Source: Verrucomicrobiota bacterium
Lineage (GTDB): Bacteria > Verrucomicrobiota > Verrucomicrobiia > Limisphaerales > CANJXF01
NCBI GenBank assembly: GCA_038214755.1
Contig: JBBQRQ010000086.1
Location: forward strand, 1 to 21,317
DNA length: 21,317 bases
Direction: 5' to 3'
The position numbers and the translations under genes are program-made. Shown here one piece after another: positions 13,711 to 21,317 of the stretch (its first letter is position 1; each line of letters begins with the position of its first letter). The notes below the pieces were generated by a model. The model was given only the letters and a program-made list of their open reading frames with translations, was not told where the DNA came from and ran no database searches.

Positions 13711-16380
13711 TTAAGGCGCCATCCACACTCGGTAAAAACGCTGCGACAATTCGGTAGTGACCGTGAGTGCGGCGGTTGACCCGGTGGGAGTGACATCTGG
13801 CAGCACATCAGTCCAGTTCACTTCTGCCAAATCGTTTTTGAATTGCACGCGATAAGTTTTTCCTGCGATGGCCGACCAGGTGAGCGTGATGTTTCCTGGT
13901 CCGCTCTCCACTTGAAGCATGGGCTTTGCAACGACCGTCACCGTGAAAGTTTTTGTGTTGGCGAGGTTGGGGGTGCCGTTATCGGTGAGACGAACGGTGA
14001 AGAAGTTGGAGCCGATTTGCGACGCTGAAGGAAGCCAGGTAAAGATGCCGTTCGTGGAGCCGATGCTTGCTCCGGCGGGGATGACGGGATCAAGAGTGAA
14101 GATCAACGAATTGGCGGGCAGATCCGAATCGGCGGCGATATTCGTGATGACCAGCATGGTTCCTTCATGAATCGTTCGATCCGCGATGGCGGACAATAAG
14201 GGCGGGCTGTTCACTTCGTTTACCGTGACGGTGAAAGTTTTTTCATCCGATTCTCCCTCAGACTCGGCCGCACGAACGGTGATGGGGTAAACGCCGGGGC
14301 CTTGAGCCTCCGTTGGATTCCAGGAAAAAACGCCGGTGGTTGGATTGATGCTCGCGCCGCTCGGAGCGCCCGGCGCAAGGGTGTAGAGAATCGTCTTTGC
14401 ACTGACCACTCTGAAATTATCGAGGTAAACATTGTAAGTGCCCGTGCCGCCCGCGCCGACGAGAGCGAGATGTTCGAGAACGCCTTTTCCGGTGGTCGAT
14501 TCAAGAATGCCATTACCCGTAAATCTTACGATTGGCTCATTGGGAATGTCGAACGTGAGGGTCGTCCAACTTCCGGCAGGAACAAGGCGGGACGGAGTGG
14601 GCGTGGCGCCAAGGGTCGAGGGAACTCCGACAAATTCGATTGCCCCGACCGTTCCGCCATTTCCGCCGATGGCCCCGGCGGAGCTTGTTTCACGCAAGCC
14701 GAGTCCGACCCGAAGCGCTTTGTCAGAATAAATATCAAATCTCAATGACTTGGCGAAATCCACTATTGGGTTAGGTAAATTCGCCGGGTTAAGAGTTGTT
14801 AAACGCACCCAGGGATTCGCCGTTGTATTAAAACTCCAAGCCATCGCCAAAACTTTAGTGCCCGAATGTGGCCCAGGAAAAGTGCTCGTCACAGTGGAAG
14901 AATCGGGCGTGGTGTTGAGGAATCCTGCGGTCGATCCAGAAAGGCGTGGACTGCGAAACAGGACGGTTCCGTTCGCAGTTCCGCTGTTGAACGATTCGAA
15001 ATCGGTGATCAAAATATTCGTCCCAGGCGCGCCACCGAACGGGCTGGTCGCGACCGCTGTGAACGTCAACAAAGTTTGTTCATCAATTATTTTGTCAGTG
15101 ATTGGCGTGAGGAACGGGTCATCGTTCGTGATGGTTCCGACCGCTTGCGAATTCAACAACGTTGCGTTGATCGGGTTGGTCAGATTCAGGAAAAATGTCT
15201 CGTTCAGTTCGTGCAGCAAATCCGAATTGATCCGCACGGAAATTGTTTTGTTGGTTTCGCCCGGCGCAAAATTCACGATGCCATTGGTCGCGGCGTAATC
15301 GGACGGGGAGTTTGCGATATCATTTACGGTCGCATAATTCACGCTGGCCGGACTGGAACTGGCGCCGGAGAGATGAACCTCGAAGAGAAGATTTGTCGTC
15401 CCGGAATCCCCTTCTACAATCCCCGCATTGCTGATCGAAATGGCCGCAGGGCCAGTCGTAAATTGCCAGATCGCTCCCACCGTTTCACCGAGCCGATGTC
15501 CGACGATCTGCCAGAAGTAAGTTTGCCGCGCCGACAAAATCGGAAGGTCCCATGAGTTGTTCGTCGTGCTGCCCAGCAACTCCCCCGGCCCGGGAATTGA
15601 GTTTGTTCCAAAATAAATATCATAAGTGGTCGGCGGCGGAGAGGCAGCGCGAACGCTGATGTTGTCGAGATGAACGTCGAGGAAATAAAGTGCGGGATCG
15701 ACAATGAACGCGAGGCGAATTGTCTGACCCTTGTACCGGCTCAAATCGACAGTGCGCTCCACCCAATCGGCCAGCAGAGGATCGCCGGGTTGAGTTGAGA
15801 ACAAAACGGCGAGCGTCGTATTCGCGGTGGTTCGGGCTTCAACGCGAAATTGCTGGTTGGTGGCGAAGTCGCCGGCGAAATTTCGAATGCGGTCGGCCCA
15901 ACTCAAAGCGACGGTAGAAAAATTTGTGGGAATCGCCACATCGCGGTACATCAGATACAGGCCCCCGCCAATTGAGGTTGCCAACGCGCTGAAACTTCCT
16001 TCAAACGGCGGCGTTAACCCATCTGGGCTGTCGGGATCATTCGTTCCGCTGTTGATAATAAAATCTCCATAGACGCTCGGAATTTTTGTCCAGCCAGTGA
16101 AATCTCCATTCTCAAAACCGCCATTGGAAATTCGTTCCGCGCCTTCGCCGCCCGAAGCGCTCCACGACAGATCGACATTGACCGGGTTGTTGGTGGAAAG
16201 ATGCGGCGGAAATGGATTCGCTGGGGCGGGCGGACTTTCATCATCGAGAATCGTCATCGTTTGCGATCCACTGGCAAAATTGTTTGCGCTGGCGACGACC
16301 GAAACGAATTGTGTTCCGTCCAAAAGGACATCGTTCTCGACGGTCAGATTAAATGTGGCGGAAGTTTTTCCGGCGAGCAA
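13711..16380 (-). CDS. C-terminal part of the frameshifted giant M36 protease: Calx-beta, jelly-roll (CBM-like), cadherin/Ig-like domains and C-terminal signature domain
   Basis: Begins in the middle of a repeat with no signal peptide. Contains Calx-beta (SISNAGIVEGDSG...FAPGETNKTI), NGGFENGDFTGW, cadherin-like repeats and the terminus TWSAIAGKTYRVQ...QRFYRV. Confidence 0.8.
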   Translation of the reverse strand: MLAGKTSATFNLTVENDVLLDGTQFVSVVASANNFASGSQTMTILDDESPPAPANPFPPHLSTNNPVNVDLSWSASGGEGAERISNGGFENGDFTGWTKIPSVYGDFIINSGTNDPDSPDGLTPPFEGSFSALATSIGGGLYLMYRDVAIPTNFSTVALSWADRIRNFAGDFATNQQFRVEARTTANTTLAVLFSTQPGDPLLADWVERTVDLSRYKGQTIRLAFIVDPALYFLDVHLDNISVRAASPPPTTYDIYFGTNSIPGPGELLGSTTNNSWDLPILSARQTYFWQIVGHRLGETVGAIWQFTTGPAAISISNAGIVEGDSGTTNLLFEVHLSGASSSPASVNYATVNDIANSPSDYAATNGIVNFAPGETNKTISVRINSDLLHELNETFFLNLTNPINATLLNSQAVGTITNDDPFLTPITDKIIDEQTLLTFTAVATSPFGGAPGTNILITDFESFNSGTANGTVLFRSPRLSGSTAGFLNTTPDSSTVTSTFPGPHSGTKVLAMAWSFNTTANPWVRLTTLNPANLPNPIVDFAKSLRFDIYSDKALRVGLGLRETSSAGAIGGNGGTVGAIEFVGVPSTLGATPTPSRLVPAGSWTTLTFDIPNEPIVRFTGNGILESTTGKGVLEHLALVGAGGTGTYNVYLDNFRVVSAKTILYTLAPGAPSGASINPTTGVFSWNPTEAQGPGVYPITVRAAESEGESDEKTFTVTVNEVNSPPLLSAIADRTIHEGTMLVITNIAADSDLPANSLIFTLDPVIPAGASIGSTNGIFTWLPSASQIGSNFFTVRLTDNGTPNLANTKTFTVTVVAKPMLQVESGPGNITLTWSAIAGKTYRVQFKNDLAEVNWTDVLPDVTPTGSTAALTVTTELSQRFYRVWMAP

Positions 16381-19300
16381 CGTAACGGATAGGGGGAACC
16401 GTCAATTCACTTGAATCATCCGAGGCGAGCGAAATGACGAGATCGTTTGTCAACGTGCCGGAAATGCGGACGATCCCCGCGTTCGTCAACACGCCGTTGC
16501 CTTCCGTCGCTTTGGGAGGCAGCCACACCACGAGATTTGTGCCCTCGTTGTCTTTGATTGTCATCGTCGCAAATCCCGCGATCCAATTTGTTACCTGCGC
16601 CGTAATCGTGGCCGTTTGCTCGCCATCAATTTCAGTGTCATCCATGATCGTGATATTGAAAACAGCGGATGTTTGGCCAGCGGGGATAATCGCGAACGGC
16701 GAAACCTGCGCTTCGGAAAGATCGCTCGACGAAAGATTCACCAACACGTTGTCATCGGGCGGCGCGGCGATGGAGACAACGCCAGTGAGATTAGAACTTC
16801 CTTCGCTCGCAACGGCAGGAATGTGGACGAGAAGCGTTGCTGATTGGTGATCGAAAATCAGCATCGAACGAGTCGCGCTTCCGAAATCCACGGCAGATGC
16901 CGTTACGGCGGACCGCCGGGTTCCATCGAGCTGCAAATCATCCACGATGGTAATGTCAAAACTCACGTTGGTTTGGCCCGCCGGAATTGTGACGGTTGCT
17001 GGAACCAACAATTCCGTGGTGTCCGATGACGCCAGGCTCACCGTTAAATCATTCAGGAGAGAGAATGGAATTCCGACAACGCCTTGCCCGACGAGAACGC
17101 CGATGTCTTCGGCGGCGCTTTCGGGAAGAGCCAGGGAAAGGCGCATGACACAACTTCCGTAACTGCTCAAATCGCTTCCGACGAATCCAGCGGGAACGTT
17201 TGTGCCGGGAGATAAACCGGCCAATCCAAATTCCGCATCGATGCGCAGGTAAGTGAGGCGAATCGTTCCATCAAAAAAAAGTTCGATCTGAAAATTATTT
17301 ATGTTGGCATTAAAGTATTCCCTCACGTTGGCGAAGGTCACCGCGACCCGATTGCTCATTTGTCTCCACGTCACTTGCCCAGCAGTTGGCAACAAATCGT
17401 CGAACAGAGCAGAAACGCGCGGCAGATTGAAATGGGCGGGCAACGAGACATTCGGACTGTTGTCGCCGCTCTCAAAAGTGATGTAGCCATTGCTCCCGAT
17501 AAAAAAAACATTGGTGCTCCTCCCGTAAATGCGAACGCGATTTGCGACCGGAAGAGTGACCTGGACAAAGTTATCGTCCACCAGCGAAATGCTGGTTCCA
17601 CCGATCGGGTCGGTTGGAAAAACAGACGCCGTCTCATGACAAACAGAATAGAAACTGGCCGAACCGTCCGGCGTGAAAGTGAACATTTGATGGTCGAGAT
17701 CGACCCCGCCGGTTTCAAAGAATTCAGTGAAATAATCCGACTGCCCGATCCGCAAAACAAACTGCCGTTGCTGACTGACACCTGAAGTGGAATTCGTGAA
17801 GCGCACCGAGTCGGTATAAATTCCCGCCGGCAAAATATTGGCGGTCGAATTAAGAGTCGCGTTCACGACCGAAGCCGGGCCGCCCGCCGTCAATATCCCG
17901 TTGGACTCTGAAAGACTCAGCCACAGGGCCGTGGTTCCAACGCTCCACCCGATCGGGTTTGTCCCGGTGTTGGCGAGAGTGAAAAGTTGCGAATTCGGCG
18001 CGAATGGACCGCCGAGTGGAGCGGTCGAAGCGAAGCTCGTTTGCGGCGAGATCAGCAAATCATCGGGCCGCGCAAAAGATTCGATGACTCCCGTCGTGGT
18101 TGAACTCGAAGGCGAGAAGGCAAAAAATCCCAAGCCACGTTTGGCAAACCCCGCCCAGATTTCCTCGTAATTTGCGCCGCCATTGTCCACCTGGTCCGCT
18201 TGAATAATTGCGTCACGCGCTTGAAGAAAATTTGGATTGGCGGGCGAAAGATTCATTCCGTCCGTCACGAGTTGGAGCGTCAGTTGATTTCCAATTGCGA
18301 AGCCATGTTTGCCAATTAATTGCGCGCGCATTTCCCACAAAGCCGAACACCAAACTTCACCTTGATTATGGACTTCGCTCGCGCCGCCGCCGCCGACGAC
18401 GGGACTTTTTGGTATTCCGACATGGGCGCTTGCTTGCCCCGGATCAATATCTTTAAACGTGAGCGGGTTCTTCGTCAGGTCCGTTGAATACGGATAACGT
18501 CGAATGCCGAAATAATAATTTTGCGTCATCCCGCCGAGTTGAAAAGTCGCGTAACCGAGCATTGCATAATTGGCGTTTAGATCATCGCCCGCTTCGGCCA
18601 ACAGGCAGAGTGCATAAAAATCCGACCAGCCTTCCCCCATGCCCTCCGTTTGCAATTCGCTGATGCCAACCCCGCCGCCGACGCGCCGATTACTCACACC
18701 ATGCGTGTGTTCGTGAAAGACAATTTCGGCATCGAACGCGCCGTCGCGGGCTGGGGTCGGCCCGTCCCAAACATACATTTGCATTCGACCAGCAGAACCA
18801 TCCGGCGGCGTAGAAAAATTCGCGTTATTAAAACCGCCGCCATCCTGCGCGTCAGCCTGCACCGCGTCATTGCCCAAACCGCCTCGTCCAAAGTTGTTCA
18901 CCTGAAAATTTCCCGCCGCTTCCGTAAACCCCAGTTCGTAAAGTTTGTCGTGGTACCAATTACAAAGGAAAAAAAGTTGGACGACCGACGCATTCGTGTA
19001 AGTGCTCGGCGCTTTCGTCAGGTCGATGGGAATATCGAACACGCGATTGGGCGAGCCTTGCGGACGCGGCGTGTCGGCGACGTTGTTATTGTCCCGGTCG
19101 AGATGCGCATCGACATTATTGCCGCGCGTTTCATTCGCGCCGTCGTCCATCCAACCATTGGGCGAAGCATTGGTGTTGAAAGCATTGGTCACGATCAACA
19201 CGCGCGCCATGAGCGGCGGCTGGGTTGAAACAGGCGCGGAAAGTCCGGGCGAGAAGGGCGATGGACTGTCGCTGGTGTAAACCCGGTAACTGGCGTCGCT

Positions 19301-20218
19301 GATATAATTCGTCAAACTGCGGCGCAATAAAACTTCGCCCGTTTGCGCATCGATCAGGATACGAAACATTTCTCCGCGCGCGCTGCTCGTCAGAATAAGT
19401 TCCCAGCATAACCGCATTTCTTTCGCGCTCATGGGCAGCCAAACAAATTTCGTTTCGGTTTCTCCGGACAGCCGCGGCGCTTTGAACTTTTGTTTTCTTT
19501 CCCTGTCCTGGGTCAACGCATCCGCCGCCGTGATCTCAGCGACAACTATTTTTTCGCCAATATTGTTCGCGGCAATGGCGATGGCTGCCTGCGCGGAAAT
19601 GCCCGGCGCTCCCTCTCGTTCCAACTGATTTCTCGCGCCATCTTTCGCAGCTTGCGCGCTGTCCGGCAAAAAATGGCTGGAGATATTGACCAATTCCTCG
19701 TTCCTGGTCGTGTGCGAAATCAACAGGCTTTCAAAAATCGGGATGCCAATGAGTTGCTGTTCCCAAACGACCGTTCGCATTCCGTTGTGCGGGGTGAGGA
19801 AGTCGCGTTTGATTTTCGCATCCGCCAGAATTTCCGGTCCATGTCCAAAGAGCGCGCGGTGTTCCTGCAAAAAAGCCTTCGTCGCGCGGTGCGGTTCATT
19901 GGCCGGAAAATCCGCGGCCGTTTTCGCGGAAATACCCCGGCCACTCGCTTTCTTGCCGCTGAGAAATCCGTCGGGCGAAGAAACCAATTTTGGGCTGCCC
20001 ACAATCTCATCAAACTCTACCTGTGCCTTGGGCAGGGTCTGGCGCAAGCGCGTTTCGGCCTGGGCGTTTTTCCGGTGAAGCGCGGATTGCGCCTGCGGTT
20101 CGCGGCGGTCGAAATTAGGCAATTCCTGTCGCGCCGGTTTTTGAAACGCATTGGCTTCGGCAAAAATAAAAAGGAGCGGACAAAACATTCCGAGACGGAG
20201 GAGCGATGATGAGTTCAT
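16349..20218 (-). CDS. N-terminal part of a secreted M36 (fungalysin-like) zinc metallopeptidase, broken by a frameshift near 16392
   Basis: Signal peptide from ATG 20218, propeptide region, AQDGGGFNNANFSTPPDG, zinc motif HEHTH, EGMGEGWSDF, GIRRYPYS, VHNQGEVW, FLQARDAI. Followed by Ig/BACON-like, nidogen-like and Calx-beta-like repeats. Confidence 0.9.
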   Translation of the reverse strand: MNSSSLLRLGMFCPLLFIFAEANAFQKPARQELPNFDRREPQAQSALHRKNAQAETRLRQTLPKAQVEFDEIVGSPKLVSSPDGFLSGKKASGRGISAKTAADFPANEPHRATKAFLQEHRALFGHGPEILADAKIKRDFLTPHNGMRTVVWEQQLIGIPIFESLLISHTTRNEELVNISSHFLPDSAQAAKDGARNQLEREGAPGISAQAAIAIAANNIGEKIVVAEITAADALTQDRERKQKFKAPRLSGETETKFVWLPMSAKEMRLCWELILTSSARGEMFRILIDAQTGEVLLRRSLTNYISDASYRVYTSDSPSPFSPGLSAPVSTQPPLMARVLIVTNAFNTNASPNGWMDDGANETRGNNVDAHLDRDNNNVADTPRPQGSPNRVFDIPIDLTKAPSTYTNASVVQLFFLCNWYHDKLYELGFTEAAGNFQVNNFGRGGLGNDAVQADAQDGGGFNNANFSTPPDGSAGRMQMYVWDGPTPARDGAFDAEIVFHEHTHGVSNRRVGGGVGISELQTEGMGEGWSDFYALCLLAEAGDDLNANYAMLGYATFQLGGMTQNYYFGIRRYPYSTDLTKNPLTFKDIDPGQASAHVGIPKSPVVGGGGASEVHNQGEVWCSALWEMRAQLIGKHGFAIGNQLTLQLVTDGMNLSPANPNFLQARDAIIQADQVDNGGANYEEIWAGFAKRGLGFFAFSPSSSTTTGVIESFARPDDLLISPQTSFASTAPLGGPFAPNSQLFTLANTGTNPIGWSVGTTALWLSLSESNGILTAGGPASVVNATLNSTANILPAGIYTDSVRFTNSTSGVSQQRQFVLRIGQSDYFTEFFETGGVDLDHQMFTFTPDGSASFYSVCHETASVFPTDPIGGTSISLVDDNFVQVTLPVANRVRIYGRSTNVFFIGSNGYITFESGDNSPNVSLPAHFNLPRVSALFDDLLPTAGQVTWRQMSNRVAVTFANVREYFNANINNFQIELFFDGTIRLTYLRIDAEFGLAGLSPGTNVPAGFVGSDLSSYGSCVMRLSLALPESAAEDIGVLVGQGVVGIPFSLLNDLTVSLASSDTTELLVPATVTIPAGQTNVSFDITIVDDLQLDGTRRSAVTASAVDFGSATRSMLIFDHQSATLLVHIPAVASEGSSNLTGVVSIAAPPDDNVLVNLSSSDLSEAQVSPFAIIPAGQTSAVFNITIMDDTEIDGEQTATITAQVTNWIAGFATMTIKDNEGTNLVVWLPPKATEGNGVLTNAGIVRISGTLTNDLVISLASDDSSELTVPPIRYVARRKNFRHI

Positions 20219-20460
20219 GGAATTTCTTTGGGGATTGATGAGGTGGGGATTTTTCAACCGGCCCTGGTTATAGATTTTTTTATCGCTTCACTGATATACC
20301 TAAGCGAAGCGGGGAAGATGTTACGGAAAATTTTTCAGAGCTTCATTGGAAAGGTGAATGATGCGCGATGCCAAAGCGACGTGTCCCGATGAAGCAGTAA
20401 TCGGTCGGCAAAGTCAATTTCAACCAGAGCACCGGGATTTAAACTGGCGGTCCGAACAAG

Positions 20461-20557
20461 AGCGCCAGAGGGCTGGCGCACTCCAGGACGCTTCGCGCCA
20501 ATCATGCACCATCGAAATTCGCGCGAGCGTCCTGGAGTGCGGCGGCCCTCCGCCGCT
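20461..20557. repeat. GGAG-type REP-like doublet (conserved ends facing inward)
   Basis: AGCGCCAGAGGGCTGGCGCACTCCAGGACGCT (20461-20492) pairs with AGCGTCCTGGAGTGCGGCGGCCCTCCGCCGCT (20526-20557) at 28/32. Confidence 0.85.
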
Positions 20558-20620
20558 TTTAACAGCGCCGGTAGTGACCGCCAGTTTAAATCACACCCAA
20601 CAGCACCGGCGGGAAGGCGC

Positions 20621-21082
20621 TCATTGGCGTGGATGCGGTTTGAATTTTCCCTCCCCAGTAACGGAGATAACTTCGCCGTTTTTCCAACGGTGTTCCTGTT
20701 TATCGATCGTCAAAACTCGCGGGAGCAATTCAACTTCATGACCGAAAAAATTAAACGTCACCGTGCCGGGCAAAAATGTCAGGTCTTGAAAAATAATTTG
20801 GCCAAACGGCGCGTTCGTTTTTGTGGGATCATCAAAGACGAAAGATTGCGCCAAGCTTTTTTGTTCCAGCTTTTGCTCGGAAAAAATTATTTTTTTGGCA
20901 ATCCCGAAGTTGGTTTGTTGGATCAGCAAATTTGGAGTTCCCTCGGAATCGGTTGAAAACATGACGTGCCACGGCCCTTTGATTGTTCGTCGATTTTGAA
21001 TAAAGCTGAAGGCCAAAATATAAATCATCAGCGCGACACCAAATCCGATCAGGAGAATTTTGAACAGGCGATCTGGCTTCAT
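20621..21082 (-). CDS. Hypothetical protein with an N-terminal membrane anchor
   Basis: MKPDRLFKILLIGFGVALMIYILAFSFI followed by a beta-rich domain (DLTFLPGTVTFNFFGHEVELLPRVL). ATG 21082 is preferred because a promoter sits directly upstream. Confidence 0.75.
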   Translation of the reverse strand: MKPDRLFKILLIGFGVALMIYILAFSFIQNRRTIKGPWHVMFSTDSEGTPNLLIQQTNFGIAKKIIFSEQKLEQKSLAQSFVFDDPTKTNAPFGQIIFQDLTFLPGTVTFNFFGHEVELLPRVLTIDKQEHRWKNGEVISVTGEGKFKPHPRQ

Positions 21083-21089
21083 CAGCGCC

Positions 21090-21118
21090 AGCTTTTGAGC
21101 GCCGCGTTGCGGTGTCAA
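21090..21118 (-). promoter_or_regulatory. Sigma70-type promoter, probably leaderless
   Basis: Minus strand reads TTGACA (21118-21113), 17 nt, AAAGCT (21095-21090), 7 nt, ATG (21082). Confidence 0.55.
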
Positions 21119-21197
21119 GACTGATGGAATTTGTTTTGCTCCTGGCACTGGCGGCTGGAAGCCGCCTCAACGGGGTGTGATTTCAAATGGCGGTCAC

Positions 21198-21317
21198 GTA
21201 GCGCAGGATTGCATCCTGCTGTATCGCCGGTTTGAAACCGGCTGAACGGCGCAACTAGAGAAAGTCTTTAGTATTTGATGTCTTTCCGTTCTGGCGGCAT
21301 CTCGCAGGTTGAAAACC
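21198..21317. repeat. GTAG-type two-hairpin REP-like element, truncated at the window end
   Basis: GTAGCGCAGGATTGCATCCTGCTGTATCGCCGGTTTGAAACCGGC (21198-21242) has two hairpins. The partner arm appears to begin at 21304 (GCAGGTTGAAAACC). Confidence 0.65.

Noticed and set aside
13711..16380. An independent gene starting at TTG 16380
   Set aside because: It starts mid-repeat with no signal peptide and joins the M36 ORF after a 1-nt correction.
20358..20741. 127-aa plus-strand ORF, and similar ORFs at 10725-11117 and 4143-4598
   Set aside because: They are mostly translated REP-like palindromes and overlap real genes.
21150..21170. Hairpin GGCGGCT-GGA-AGCCGCC as a terminator
   Set aside because: There is no U-tract. 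It is probably an orphan REP half, but no partner arm is visible.

Overview
A 21.3 kb bacterial chromosomal window. Gene content, the C-terminal signature of the large secreted protein and the repeat style suggest Verrucomicrobiota (Pedosphaera-like); this assignment is inference. Gene order: partial hypothetical, sucD, aroE, prepilin peptidase with a ~90-aa insertion, SDR (-), sensor kinase, OmpR-family regulator, secreted TPR/ankyrin/SLBB-like protein, Phd/YefM-VapC toxin-antitoxin pair, serine hydrolase-NamZ (DUF1343) fusion, a ~2170-aa M36 metallopeptidase split by a 1-nt frameshift (-), and a membrane-anchored hypothetical (-). Three things stand out. (1) A 25-bp box (24/25 identical, 11-bp-period direct repeat) lies upstream of both the kinase and the ankyrin gene, suggesting an autoregulated three-gene signalling module. 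(2) Most intergenic spaces hold a different REP-like doublet palindrome, some nested and some with compensatory stem changes; one perfect copy sits in frame inside the kinase ATPase domain. (3) The giant protease has two domain-in-domain insertions. No rRNA, tRNA, CRISPR array or transposase was recognised.
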